Source: a virus. Taken from it: 64,000 bases of DNA. Made by a program: the position numbers and the translations under genes. Positions 48,701 through 58,451 of this stretch are shown piece after piece (position 1 is the first letter of the stretch; every line of letters begins with the position of its first letter). The DNA is taken from positions 1 through 64,000 of the IMG/VR virus record IMGVR_UViG_3300046694_000202; one strand, 5' to 3'. A model generated the notes under the pieces. That model made no database searches, was not told the DNA's origin, and was given only the letters and a program-made list of their open reading frames with translations.

Positions 48701-51700
48701 GCAGCGCACCGCCGTCAACGGTGCGAAGGACGCGATGAAGGAATCGAAGCAGGCCTACGATAGTGTCGGCCAGCAGATCGAAACGCTGCGCAACAAGACG
48801 CAAGCGCTGAACAACGATCACGGCCTGCTGAAGCAAGCGACCGACGACGCTGGCCAGCAGTTCGAGAAGTACGGCGTCCAGCTCGACAAGAACGGGATCG
48901 AGAAGACCGAAGACCTGATCCAGAAGCTCGAAGATCTGCGCGGCCAGCTCGCCAAGCGCTACGAGATGAACACCGATGTGCTCGGCGCGCAGCTCGGCTA
49001 CATGGTCCAGAAGGCGCAGGAGGCCGCAGGCGAGCGCGCGCGCGAGCTGCAGGGCCGCATCGCTGGCCCGAACGGTCTGATCCGGAAGGCACTCGATAAC
49101 GACCTCCCGACTGTCGATGGCGGTGAGGGCTTCCTCTCGCGCACTGAGCGCGACCAGTCCAGCTTCGGTCTGCTCACCGGCCGCAAGCAGTCGCAGGGTG
49201 GCATCCCGCTCAGCACCGGCCTGAACGCTCAAACCATCCCCGGCGTCGTCCAGTACCTGAAGGATCTGGGCGTGAACGTCACGGAGAAGGTTGTGGCGGG
49301 CTTCGTCGACGCGGCTGGTGTCAACGGACAGCCTCACGACCTCGTGGCCCAAGGCGCGGCAGCTACGGCCCTCAACGAAGCACTGGGGAACGTGACGCGC
49401 GCGCGGCGCGCGCCGGGGATGAGCGAAGACGACAAGCTCATCACGAAGGCGCAGGAGCAAGCGCTCTCGAACCTGCTCGCGGAAATGACGAAGGTCACGC
49501 AGGGCGTCCAGACCGCAGAGAGCTACCAGCGGGATCTGAAGCGCGAGCAGGAATCGTCGGCGAACCAGAAGTTCGCGAACAGCGACCCGCGCGCGAAGGC
49601 GATCAGCGACGCCGTCACGGCGGCACGTCAAGACACGCTGAACACGCTCGGCCTTGCCACCGGCCCGGTCGAGCGCGTCTGGTCGGCGCTCAAGATGCAG
49701 GAGAGCGGCAACCGCCAGCTGGACGCGAACGGTAACCCGATCCGCTCGATGCCGGGGAACCCTGACAGCCCGGTCGGCATCGCACAGATCAAGCCGAGCA
49801 CGGCGCGCGATGTCGCGCAGCGCAACGGTATCCCGTTCGACCAGCACGCGCTCGAATACGATTCGGCCTACAACGAGCGTCTGGGCAAGCTTTACCTGAA
49901 GCAGAACATCGACGCCTACGGCGGCGACGTGAACATGGGCCTCGCCTCATACAACTGGGGACCGGGAGCCTTTGCGAACTTCGTCTCGCAGAAGACGAAG
50001 GACGGCCGCTCGTACGACTATCGAGACCCGACTGGTGTCACCAAAGACGAGTTCATCCAGCTCCTGACGCAAGCGCACCCCGAGACCGGTAAGTATGTCT
50101 CGCAAGTGGGGCGCGGCCTTGGCGCGCTCGGCCGGCTCAACACGCTCGAAGGCAACTCGGCTCTCACGCAGCAGAGCGCGTCGAACGCCACCCTGCTCCG
50201 TCAGCTCGAAGGCGAGCTGGCCGAGACGACCGAAGGGCCGAAGAAGGAATTCCTGAAGGGGCAAATCGACGATCTGCAGAAGTCGCAGAACGAGGTTCGC
50301 TCGAAGCTGGAATCCGCTCGTGCAGAAGCTGCCTCGGATCTGAAGAAGACCGACGAGGCCTCGGCAAAGGCTCTCAAGGCGCGGCTCGGCGAAGTCAACC
50401 GGCAGATCGAAGGCACGCTGGACCCGAAGAAGGCAGGCGCACTCGGCGACGACGCGGTTGGCCTCATCCGCGAAACGTATCAAGGTCACATCGACACGAT
50501 CGAGCGATCGAGCGCGAAGATGGGCAAGACCGGGGAATTCTCGGACGCGGTGAAGCAGCAGCTCGAATCGCTTCACGAGGAGATGGACGCCGCGATCCGG
50601 ACACAGATCGACAAGAACAAGCAGAAGGTCGACCAGCTCAAGGAGCGGATCGAGCAACTGAAGTTCAAGTCGGATCTGCGTGCGAGCGACCGCGCGTTCA
50701 GCTCCTTCATGCAGAGCATGAAGGACTTCGAGGATGCTCGTGCCAACCGCATGGGCATCGAGCTGAAGGAGAACGCCCGCCCGGTGTCGATGGACAACGC
50801 GCGCGCGGCGCTCATGGGCGACCCGCGCTACGCCGCGCGCTTCAGCGGTGTCCAACGCCAGAGCCTCAGCATGAGGACGGCGGTGGATCAGGACAACACT
50901 GACGCGAAGGACATGGTCACCTACGCGGCGAACCTGCGTCAGCTCCAAGAAGAGAAGGCCCGGTATGCCGCCGCGCTCGCCCAGACAGCGGCGCTCGGCG
51001 TCGAGGGGGATGGCACGAAGGGGTCCGCAACCGGCCTGTACGCGAAGCGCGACGAGCTGGAGCTGGACCCCGAGAAGCAGAACGAACTCAAGCGCGTCGA
51101 GCAGACGATCGCCGACCTCGCGAAGAAGCGCGAAGCGTCGCAGGCCGCGCTCAACGACCTGAAGCTCAAGGAGAACACGCTCACCGAGAAGCAATCCGCG
51201 CTGCAAGCGAAGCTGGCCGCGAAGGACGGGACGAAGGCCTATACGCTGATGGAAGGCATCAACGAGGCGAACCAGAACTTCCTGCTGACGCACGATGAGA
51301 TGGCCCTGGCGATCGACGGCTACAACAGCCTGCTCGGCACGGCCACGACTGGCTTCGCCACGTTCTTCGACAACATCGTCACCGGCTCGATGTCAGCGGG
51401 TGAGGCGATCAAGTCCTTCGCCAGCTCGTTCATCAAGGCGATGCTCCAGATCCTCGAACAGCAGGCCGCGCTGGCTATCGTGAAGACGATCATCGGGGCC
51501 TTCGGCGGGGCGATGGCTGGAGGCGCCTCGGGCACGACGACCGGGAACAACACCTTCAACTTCGACTCCGGGATCGCCCCTGCCGTGGGCACCGAAGGCG
51601 TCGGCAACAACACCTTCTCGTTCTCGATTCCCGACGTGTCGAAGATCCAAGGCGGTAAGGTTGGTGGCGCTATGGTGCGCTTCGCACGCGGTGGCACCGT

Positions 51701-52025
51701 GCAGGGTTCGATGGTCACGCGGGACTCGGTCCACGCACTGCTGCAACCGGGCGAAGTGGTCATGAACACGGGCGCGGTCGGCGCGGTCGGCGAAGACTTC
51801 CTCAACGGGCTGAACGCACAAGGCAACCGCGTGATCTCGAAGAGCACGCCGGCCCCGCAGGCGAAGCGTGAAAAGCAACCTGACCACGTGAACGTGTGGG
51901 TCGTCGCGCCTGACCAGAAGCCGCAGCTCGGCCCGCGCGACATCCTGGCCACAATCTCGGACGACGTGATGCGCGGCGGCACGACGAAACAACTCATCAA
52001 GCAAGTTGCAATGGGGCAAATGTAA
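45747..52025 (+). CDS. Tape measure protein with an SLT-type lytic transglycosylase domain
   Basis: 2092 aa, helical and Ala-rich; hydrophobic Gly/Ala stretch; MQESGN...GIAQI...LASYNWGPG SLT motifs near 49690-50100. Confidence 0.92.
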   Translation: MADNQQIKDVEVGIGPAESSFRKFEQFSDMLKGVHRALLEVKEVAAGIQVGEKKDQQSFIQELKGLQSEMRVLLNSVRSGAPNIQANAAVLSGAEQTRKFADKNMELLSNQQLIAYLERRVLLEKQLGVASEANRQYAAGQISINNEIEATTKRVVLQAERYKQALIEGDRTAEDSAKRELRNGRDRIELLQKELELRERGAKVRLGRALDQQNNQDATLARAQLDELNDDKSSVAAARRTIGSAQRQAEALAKAELDRTGKQMRSAQVEDNRRAIAEGLQLERQMREAEVWKRMDDAKKEAALEKMMRAALIEDTARTNAQAAQLESRTRQAELWKRMDDSQKEAALEKMMRAAQAEDARRDRNESARIDAQIRAAEVWKRQDDAKKEAAAERMLRAAQAEDKRREETEADQLERRTRQAELWKRMDDAQKEAALEKMMRQASAEDKRRTLAEADKLETQTRAAEVWKRMDDAKKEIALEKMMRAAAAEDARRDRKEAAQLDAQIRQAEVWKLLDDRKKEQALEKAMRQAYAEDLRRDQAKQSQTPASQEARDAATRERRYNQTFGDGGAAIALTQTALLANYTVTQGFMQAFRSAIQFTVEYEEALAHLKTITQATNSQMMELSGTIEGVSNASRYSAVDLAKAAAALSETGVTVSQMGVALKGVADLATATGESFDQTVQTVTGAFGAWNLSATDTLQITNQIAQAVNSSRLTMDKLRMSIETAGETASEAGVSFKDMLAATVAITDSGTASGATLGGGLRQLLIDLEKPSKSMKAILDQLGLTQEDISVKTHGLAGALQNLKDAGFTSADAMQAFEARSASAFTSLSTNLPRMAEFQLSLNNTDAAARANADQMNTLGAQFDRFKNQTSILVGEAFKPLLDGFKNLLMVVSDFESAMRESTLLVEGLGLAFGTGALAVALRYIGGLLGGLAGLAVGGFEAAAGVAAIGAAIGPVVALVAGLGAGLYFLMQKANESTDTFETQRTAVNGAKDAMKESKQAYDSVGQQIETLRNKTQALNNDHGLLKQATDDAGQQFEKYGVQLDKNGIEKTEDLIQKLEDLRGQLAKRYEMNTDVLGAQLGYMVQKAQEAAGERARELQGRIAGPNGLIRKALDNDLPTVDGGEGFLSRTERDQSSFGLLTGRKQSQGGIPLSTGLNAQTIPGVVQYLKDLGVNVTEKVVAGFVDAAGVNGQPHDLVAQGAAATALNEALGNVTRARRAPGMSEDDKLITKAQEQALSNLLAEMTKVTQGVQTAESYQRDLKREQESSANQKFANSDPRAKAISDAVTAARQDTLNTLGLATGPVERVWSALKMQESGNRQLDANGNPIRSMPGNPDSPVGIAQIKPSTARDVAQRNGIPFDQHALEYDSAYNERLGKLYLKQNIDAYGGDVNMGLASYNWGPGAFANFVSQKTKDGRSYDYRDPTGVTKDEFIQLLTQAHPETGKYVSQVGRGLGALGRLNTLEGNSALTQQSASNATLLRQLEGELAETTEGPKKEFLKGQIDDLQKSQNEVRSKLESARAEAASDLKKTDEASAKALKARLGEVNRQIEGTLDPKKAGALGDDAVGLIRETYQGHIDTIERSSAKMGKTGEFSDAVKQQLESLHEEMDAAIRTQIDKNKQKVDQLKERIEQLKFKSDLRASDRAFSSFMQSMKDFEDARANRMGIELKENARPVSMDNARAALMGDPRYAARFSGVQRQSLSMRTAVDQDNTDAKDMVTYAANLRQLQEEKARYAAALAQTAALGVEGDGTKGSATGLYAKRDELELDPEKQNELKRVEQTIADLAKKREASQAALNDLKLKENTLTEKQSALQAKLAAKDGTKAYTLMEGINEANQNFLLTHDEMALAIDGYNSLLGTATTGFATFFDNIVTGSMSAGEAIKSFASSFIKAMLQILEQQAALAIVKTIIGAFGGAMAGGASGTTTGNNTFNFDSGIAPAVGTEGVGNNTFSFSIPDVSKIQGGKVGGAMVRFARGGTVQGSMVTRDSVHALLQPGEVVMNTGAVGAVGEDFLNGLNAQGNRVISKSTPAPQAKREKQPDHVNVWVVAPDQKPQLGPRDILATISDDVMRGGTTKQLIKQVAMGQM
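46600..47360 (+). repeat. Six 44-aa (132-bp) repeats in the tape measure protein
   Basis: Trp codons of AEVWKRMDDAKKEAALEKMMRAA at 46620, 46752, 46884, 47016, 47148 and 47280. Confidence 0.9.
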
Positions 52026-52420
52026 TGGCCGTCTCACCGACATTCGATTTCTCAAACCACATGGTCGAGGAGAAGTACCCGGATCCGGGTACGACTCTCC
52101 AGCTCGGCAACTCGTACCGGTTCGCGACGCCGCCGACCGCGCCGGACCAGCGCATCTTCGTGCTGTCGTTCGAGTCGATGTGGCGTGGCATCACGTCAAC
52201 CGGCGCGCTCGACGCGACCACGAACTACATCAACAACGCGGGCGCCCTGCTGCTCTTCTACGAGAACTACAAGCTTCATAAGACCTTCCAGTACAAGCAC
52301 CCCTGGCTCGGGGTGATCTTGAACGTGCGCTTCAGCAAGCCACTCGAACTGCCGAAGGGCATCAAGGGCGGCGACGGATGGACCGAGGGCTTCAGCGTTG
52401 AATTCGTGGAGATGCCATGA
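52025..52420 (+). CDS. Distal tail protein (lambda gpM-like position)
   Basis: 131 aa immediately after the tape measure gene. Confidence 0.65.
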   Translation: MAVSPTFDFSNHMVEEKYPDPGTTLQLGNSYRFATPPTAPDQRIFVLSFESMWRGITSTGALDATTNYINNAGALLLFYENYKLHKTFQYKHPWLGVILNVRFSKPLELPKGIKGGDGWTEGFSVEFVEMP

Positions 52421-52914
52421 CGATCGATACGATTCCGCAGTCCCACAAGGACGACGCGTACCTACTCGACGCCGATGCCAAGGTCGATCTGTTCCGGATC
52501 GTCCTCAATCAACAGGGCGGGAACGTCGTCATCTGCCTCACGGCGAAGAAAGCTGTGGCGTGGCAGGGGATGATGTTCGAGTCGATCCCGGTGAGCTTGG
52601 CGCAGGAAGGCACGAATGCAACCGGCGAGTGGAAGCGGCCGAAGTTCACGCTGGCCAACCCCGATGGTGTCTGGTCGGCGTTCATTGCGCAGGGCAAGCT
52701 CGACGGCGCGCAGATCACGCGCTACCGCGTGCTGCTCTCGCACCTGAATGCGAACGCGGGCATCTATCAGATGAACACGTGGCGCATCTCGAAGCCGCTC
52801 CAATTGAACAAGACGCTCGCCGTGTTCGAGCTGCGCTCCCCGCTCGACGGTCAACAGTTCCTGCTGCCCGGTCGTGCGTTCTATCCGCCAGAGTTTCCTC
52901 ATGTCTCTCTATGA
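52417..52914 (+). CDS. Minor tail protein (gpL-like)
   Basis: RPKFTLAN...L.GA..TRYR...FELRSPLD..LP.R pattern; lacks the C-terminal Cys cluster of lambda gpL. Confidence 0.7.
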   Translation: MTIDTIPQSHKDDAYLLDADAKVDLFRIVLNQQGGNVVICLTAKKAVAWQGMMFESIPVSLAQEGTNATGEWKRPKFTLANPDGVWSAFIAQGKLDGAQITRYRVLLSHLNANAGIYQMNTWRISKPLQLNKTLAVFELRSPLDGQQFLLPGRAFYPPEFPHVSL

Positions 52915-53416
52915 AAAGTACACGGTAGGCTACGAAGGCGTGCCGTACAAGGTTGGCCGCGACGACTGTTATGGTCTCGCGCGCCGTTGGCTGAAGGACA
53001 AGTACGGCGTGACGCTGACCAACTACGCGCGCCCGTTCGGCTTCGAAGAGGAAGGCCTCAACCTGCTCACGGACTTCTTCCAGAAGGAAGGGTTCGTCAT
53101 CGTCAGCGTGCCGTTCAACCGGCTCGAAATCGGCGATGGTTTGATCATGCGTCTCGCGAACCGCAGCGGGAACCCGAACCACGTCGGCGTCTACGTCGGC
53201 AATGGTTACATGCTGCACCACCTGTACAACCAGAAGTCAGTGGCCGACCCTCTCACCACGCGATGGACTAGCCGCGTGGTGGACATCTACCGCCACCCTG
53301 ATGTCACAGCTAAAAATCAGGAGTTGAATGCGAAAGTCGACATCTTGAACTTCCTGCCACCGCACTTGAAAGCGAAATATGAACGAGCTTCTGCCGCTAT
53401 GGAATCCGCAAGTTGA
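52901..53416 (+). CDS. NlpC/P60 tail tip protein (gpK C-terminal-like)
   Basis: PY..GRDDCYGL.R, PNHVGVYVGNGYMLHH. Confidence 0.85.
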   Translation: MSLYEKYTVGYEGVPYKVGRDDCYGLARRWLKDKYGVTLTNYARPFGFEEEGLNLLTDFFQKEGFVIVSVPFNRLEIGDGLIMRLANRSGNPNHVGVYVGNGYMLHHLYNQKSVADPLTTRWTSRVVDIYRHPDVTAKNQELNAKVDILNFLPPHLKAKYERASAAMESAS

Positions 53417-53744
53417 GCGCTGCGGTTTCATCCTCACCGATGGGTCGATCATCGAGTGTCCTAACGTTGATCTTAACCCTGAGAAATCCTTTGAAATCAG
53501 TGTGGATTGCATCGGACAATACGAGGGCCGCGTGTCAGCCACCTGGCACACGCACCCGAGGACCGGGCCGAACCTATCGGCCGAGGACTATCGGGCCTTC
53601 GTGAACTACCCCGACTGGTTTCATTACATCGTCGCCGAGAACGAGGTGTGGTGTTACTTCGTGCGGAACAAAGCGGTGATCCTGCTCGATGAAGACGATC
53701 TATCTACATGGCTCCCTGAAGGAGCTGCATCCGGAGCCGATTAA
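53379..53744 (+). CDS. JAB/MPN metallopeptidase (gpK N-terminal-like)
   Basis: ERCG...WHTHP.....LSAED JAMM motif. Confidence 0.85.
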   Translation: MNELLPLWNPQVERCGFILTDGSIIECPNVDLNPEKSFEISVDCIGQYEGRVSATWHTHPRTGPNLSAEDYRAFVNYPDWFHYIVAENEVWCYFVRNKAVILLDEDDLSTWLPEGAASGAD

Positions 53745-54324
53745 GGTCCACGCTCAGACGGTGGCCGAAGCGCTCACCATCCTGAAGCAGTACCCCGGCT
53801 TCGATGTCGAGAACCCTATCCCGGTGCGCGTGAAAGGCGTCGAGTGTCGCGACGGGGTCTACGCGCAGACCGAAGAGACCGAGCTGCACGTGTACCCCGC
53901 GCTCGCTGGCTCGGGTGGCAACGGCGGCGTTCTGCAGATCATCATCGGCGCGGTGATGGTCGTGGTCGGCGCCATCATGATGATCTTCCCGGCGACGGCC
54001 CCCTACGGCTTTGCCATTGCGATGTCGGGCGCGATGATGATCTTGGGCGGCATCCTCCAGCTGCTCGCGCCATCCCCGAAGTCGAGCAGCAACTCCAGCC
54101 AGTCGCTGTACGTCCCCTCGAATCAGAACACGGTGAAGATCGGCACGCGCATCCCGCTGATCTACGGCCGCGTGCGGCACTTCGGCCACTACCTCTCGTT
54201 CAACGTCGACGCGAAGCGTCTCGACGACAGCACGATGAACCTTGCTGGCTATTGCTCCGGTCGCACCGACGCCAATGGCAACCGCTATTCGTACGGTCAA
54301 GATGGCCACTGCCTGCTTGCCTAA
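53689..54324 (+). CDS. Tail assembly protein (gpI-like)
   Basis: Beta-grasp-like N-terminus ending PALAGSGG, hydrophobic Gly-rich middle, G.RIPLIYG. Confidence 0.85.
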   Translation: MKTIYLHGSLKELHPEPIKVHAQTVAEALTILKQYPGFDVENPIPVRVKGVECRDGVYAQTEETELHVYPALAGSGGNGGVLQIIIGAVMVVVGAIMMIFPATAPYGFAIAMSGAMMILGGILQLLAPSPKSSSNSSQSLYVPSNQNTVKIGTRIPLIYGRVRHFGHYLSFNVDAKRLDDSTMNLAGYCSGRTDANGNRYSYGQDGHCLLA

Positions 54325-54336
54325 CCAGAAGACAAT

Positions 54337-57300
54337 ATGACCGACGCAGTAATTCCCTTCCGTGGGGCGGGCGGTGGCCAGAAGCAGCCGACCCGCACCG
54401 ACGACAACCTCTTCTCTCGCGACGTAGTCGAGATCGTCTTTGCCCTCGGCGAAGGCCCGATCCGCGGCCCGGTCGACGGTATGAAGTCGATCTACGTGGG
54501 CGGCACGCCCGCGATGTCGCAGGACGGCTCCACGAATTTCGACAGCTTCAACGTCGGTATCATGCGCGGCCACGCGGGCGATCCGCCGGTCAACTATCGG
54601 CTCGGTGGCGAAACCTCGAACACGTCGGTCGGCGTTCGACTCTTCCAGAACACGTGGGTCTCGCGCACGACCGATGACTCGCTGCGCAACAAGGTTGACC
54701 AGCTCCAGGCGCGGATTCTCTTCAACACGCTGTACAAGTCCAACGACGATGGCACGTTCAACAACACCGCGTCGTTCGAACTCCAGTATCGCCAGTCGAC
54801 CAACCCGAACTGGTCAGCGGTCAACGGTGGCACGATCAACGTCACAGGCAAGACCACGGCTGGCTATGTGGTCGACTATGTGTGGGACGTGCCGCGCGTG
54901 AATGACACGTGGGTCATCCGCGTGAAAAAGAACAACCCGGATTCGAGCAACACCGACTTCTGTGACTTTAGCTGGGAGAGCTTTCAGGAAGTCACGAAGG
55001 GCAACCGCACGTACGACCGCGTGGCCCTCATGCACATCGTCGCGCTCGCGACGAGCCAGTTCTCGTCGGTGCCCGACATCGGCATCGATCTGGACGGTCT
55101 CGAGATTTTGGTCCCGACGAACTACAACCCCGACGCGCACGCAACCGCTGGCACGTGGGATGGCTCCTTCAAGCAGGCGTGGACGAACAATCCGGCGTGG
55201 ATCCTGTACGACCTCATCATGAACACGAGCTACGGGCTGCGGAAATATTACCCGTGGCTCACGTGCAACCGCTTCGACTTCTACGACGCGGCAGCATGGT
55301 GCGACGCGCCTGTCCCGAACGGTGTGGGTGGCTCGCAGCCGCGCTACACGTTCAGCATGGTCGTCAAGGACCAGCAGTCGGGCCTCGACATGCTCCAATA
55401 CGTGGCGGGTTCCTTCGGCGCGTGCATCTTCGATGACGCGACGGGAACGGTGCATCTGCGCGTGGACAAGTGGGAAGAGCCGTCTATGCTCTTCACCCCA
55501 GAGAACGTGACCCCGGAAGGCTTCGCCTACACGTTCTCGGACATGAGCACTCGATACAACGACATCGAGGTCAAGTTCGTGAACCCGGACCTGGACTGGC
55601 AGCAGGACATCCGGCCCGCGCGCAATCAGGATCACATCAATCTCAACGGCAGCATCCCACTCTCCTTTGACGCCATCGGCTGCACGAACGAGCACGAAGC
55701 ACTGCGCCGCGCCTACTATCGCCTCGTCACGGCCACGACGGAAGTCGCGACGGTGCAGTTCACGACCACGCGCCTCGGCGTGCTGCTCGACCCCTTCAAG
55801 CCGATCTACGTCGCCGACCCGGTGACGGGCTGGGCCGAGAGCGGCCGGATCAAGTCGATCATCAACGGCAAGATCAACCTGCGCGACCCGATCTACTTCA
55901 CGAGCAACCAGAACTACACGCTGAAGCTGCAGACCACCACGGGCATCTCGACGTTCACTGTGAACCCCGGCATGATCGGCTCGGTGTATGCGCTCAACAT
56001 CGTGTCTGGCATCGTGCCGGCGAACGTGCCTGATCGCTCGGTGTTCTCGCTGGAGGACACAGGTGGCTTCGGTCTGTCGAAGCCGTTCCGTGTGATCTCG
56101 GTGGAGCCGGCCGACAACAGCCCGAACGCATACTCGGTCACCGCTGTTGAGATGAACATCAACAAGCAGTGGGCCGCAGACAACTGCATCCCGATCGGCT
56201 CGGTCCCGTACTCGTTCAAGAACCCGCTGATTCCGCCGCCGCCGAGCAACCTCGTCTGCGAGTCGGGCACGGACATGCTGCTGCTCGGGCAAGACGGCTC
56301 GATCATGGCGCGGATCTTCGCCCACTGGGATCCGCCCGGTAGCGCGCTGGTCGACCGCTACATCATCCGCTGGAAGGAAAGCCTCCAGAACACGTGGTTC
56401 GAGACGAACTCCACGGGCGAGAGCGTCATCCTCGCACCGTGCAAGACCGGCACGACCTACGACATCGTGATCGAGGCGGTGAGCGCGTTCGGCTATCGCA
56501 GCTCGCAGCTGCAGCTCTGGAACTATAAGTGCGTCGGCAAGGACCAGCCGCCGAGCAACGTGAAGAACTTCCGCTTCACGCGCCGCGCGCTCGACATCCT
56601 GCTGACGTGGGATGCGATCCCTGACTTGGACCGCTTCGGCTACGAGCTGCGCCTTGGCTCCACGTGGGACACCGCGAAGGTGCTCGTGACCGACTACGCG
56701 GCCACGCAGTTCGCCTGGACGACGGACACGGGCGGCAGCTACAACTTCCTGATCCGCGCGAAGGACACGTCGGGCAACCTGTCGCTGCAAGCGACGATCT
56801 GCTCGGCGCTGCTCACCGGCCCGTCGCCGGTTGGCGGCGTCATCGCGATCCAGTCGGGCAACCGCGTGGACTTGCGCTGGGATCCGAACCCCGAGGACAA
56901 CATCCTCGACTACGAGATCCGCGAAGGCTCGACGTGGGCCACCGGCATCTTCTTGGCGAAGGTCAAGTCGACGAGCTACAGCGTGACCGCTGGTTCGTCT
57001 GGCACGCGCCTCTTCTGGCTCAAGGCCATCGCCTCACCGGGGATCTACTCCGACAAGGCGACGTTCGTCACGACCGACATCGCGAAGTCCGACAACACGA
57101 ACATCATCTACACCACAGACGAAGTGGTGAACCAGTTCGCCGGCACGAAGTACAACATGGTCACCTACGGCCCCGCGCAGCTGCGGATGGACGACGGCAA
57201 GGCCAAGTCGGAATACATGTTCTCGGTCGCGCTCGCGGACGTGTTCAAGGCACAGAACTCGCTGTTCATCGGCCTGGACGCGATCGTCGACGACAAGACG

Positions 57301-57921
57301 ACCTGGGCGCAATCGACCTATCCTTGGAAAGACCCGCAAGCGAACAAGGGCTGGACGACCCCTGGCGACGTGGCGTCGATCAAGTACTCGATCCAGATCT
57401 CGATGTCGACGGGCAACCCGACCGGCGTGCTGTACCAGTGGCGCATGGACAACACGCTGACTTACGCGGGCGTTGGCGAAGATGGCTCGGTCACCGAAAG
57501 CCAGACGGTCACGTACAAACCGAGCAAGTACGGCGCCGGACTCTACTGTCAAGTCGCCCCGCTGCAACCGCTGCCGACGAAGGTCACGTTCAGCACCAAC
57601 GTGCCGAACATCTTCAGCACCACGTTCTGGATCCTGCCGGATGACCTGACCGACAAGGTGTTCATGACGGTGGTCGGCCGTGACGGGAAGTTCATCAAGC
57701 TCGGCTACACCGCCGCCACCCTGTCGCTGTATGCGATCGACAACGATGGCACGAAAGTCTCGATGCCGATCGGTCTCGCAGTGGGCGAGCGCTTCCTCGT
57801 CGGTCTGTCGCAAGACACGAACGATCGCCGGATCTACTTCGCGAAGGAAAGCGGCGCGTGGTATCGCGCGTCGATCGCCAAGGGTGGAATCGGCGCTGGC
57901 GTCCAAGTCAAACTCTACTGA
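54337..57921 (+). CDS. Central tail tip / host specificity protein (gpJ-like)
   Basis: LGEGPI.G, WDGSFKQAWTNNPAWILYD, QPRYT and Fn3-like repeats; 1194 aa. Confidence 0.92.
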   Translation: MTDAVIPFRGAGGGQKQPTRTDDNLFSRDVVEIVFALGEGPIRGPVDGMKSIYVGGTPAMSQDGSTNFDSFNVGIMRGHAGDPPVNYRLGGETSNTSVGVRLFQNTWVSRTTDDSLRNKVDQLQARILFNTLYKSNDDGTFNNTASFELQYRQSTNPNWSAVNGGTINVTGKTTAGYVVDYVWDVPRVNDTWVIRVKKNNPDSSNTDFCDFSWESFQEVTKGNRTYDRVALMHIVALATSQFSSVPDIGIDLDGLEILVPTNYNPDAHATAGTWDGSFKQAWTNNPAWILYDLIMNTSYGLRKYYPWLTCNRFDFYDAAAWCDAPVPNGVGGSQPRYTFSMVVKDQQSGLDMLQYVAGSFGACIFDDATGTVHLRVDKWEEPSMLFTPENVTPEGFAYTFSDMSTRYNDIEVKFVNPDLDWQQDIRPARNQDHINLNGSIPLSFDAIGCTNEHEALRRAYYRLVTATTEVATVQFTTTRLGVLLDPFKPIYVADPVTGWAESGRIKSIINGKINLRDPIYFTSNQNYTLKLQTTTGISTFTVNPGMIGSVYALNIVSGIVPANVPDRSVFSLEDTGGFGLSKPFRVISVEPADNSPNAYSVTAVEMNINKQWAADNCIPIGSVPYSFKNPLIPPPPSNLVCESGTDMLLLGQDGSIMARIFAHWDPPGSALVDRYIIRWKESLQNTWFETNSTGESVILAPCKTGTTYDIVIEAVSAFGYRSSQLQLWNYKCVGKDQPPSNVKNFRFTRRALDILLTWDAIPDLDRFGYELRLGSTWDTAKVLVTDYAATQFAWTTDTGGSYNFLIRAKDTSGNLSLQATICSALLTGPSPVGGVIAIQSGNRVDLRWDPNPEDNILDYEIREGSTWATGIFLAKVKSTSYSVTAGSSGTRLFWLKAIASPGIYSDKATFVTTDIAKSDNTNIIYTTDEVVNQFAGTKYNMVTYGPAQLRMDDGKAKSEYMFSVALADVFKAQNSLFIGLDAIVDDKTTWAQSTYPWKDPQANKGWTTPGDVASIKYSIQISMSTGNPTGVLYQWRMDNTLTYAGVGEDGSVTESQTVTYKPSKYGAGLYCQVAPLQPLPTKVTFSTNVPNIFSTTFWILPDDLTDKVFMTVVGRDGKFIKLGYTAATLSLYAIDNDGTKVSMPIGLAVGERFLVGLSQDTNDRRIYFAKESGAWYRASIAKGGIGAGVQVKLY

Positions 57922-57923
57922 TC

Positions 57924-58391
57924 ATGCCGCATACCATCTCCGACATCACCTTCAAGTCGACCGTGCTCGACGACGACAGCTTCGTGAAGAAGGTCAACTA
58001 CGACGCCCCGGAGGGGTTCTCCCCCTTCCAGAACTTCTTCGCGGGCGACTACACGTACAAGAACGCGATCTTCCGGCTCGGGATGGAGTCGGAAGCAGGC
58101 GACCGCGGCATCATCAACAAGCTGCAGCTGGTGGTCGACGTGCCCGACATCTTCGACCGTGGCCTCACGATCGTGAACACGGCCGGCATCATCCGCGTGT
58201 TCTTCAACCGCCCTTTTCACATCCCGCCCACGATGGTCGTGGCGGTGGAAAGCGCGAGCGACGCCTGCGTGGCGCGCGTGGTTTCCGGAGCGCTCGGGGT
58301 CACAAAGACCTACTTCGACTGCTATCTCGAACGCACGAGCGACAAAGCGAAGATCACCGGAGCGTTGACGTGGGCCGCGCACGCCTACTAA
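57924..58391 (+). CDS. Tail tip accessory protein
   Basis: ATG 57924; VDVPD, F..PF..PP.., W.A..Y beta-sandwich-like pattern. Confidence 0.6.
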   Translation: MPHTISDITFKSTVLDDDSFVKKVNYDAPEGFSPFQNFFAGDYTYKNAIFRLGMESEAGDRGIINKLQLVVDVPDIFDRGLTIVNTAGIIRVFFNRPFHIPPTMVVAVESASDACVARVVSGALGVTKTYFDCYLERTSDKAKITGALTWAAHAY

Positions 58392-58451
58392 AACTCCTGG
58401 GCTGCGCTGGCCCGCGCCCGTAAAATCCGGATAGCTTAAGGACACCACACC

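Noticed and set aside
46845-51293. Long minus-strand ORFs (1000 aa and 448 aa) opposite the tape measure gene, and similar long antisense ORFs elsewhere (e.g. 54814-56790, 35687-37330, 2315-3670)
   Set aside because: Shadow frames expected from high-GC codon bias opposite clearly identified genes; no recognisable motifs.
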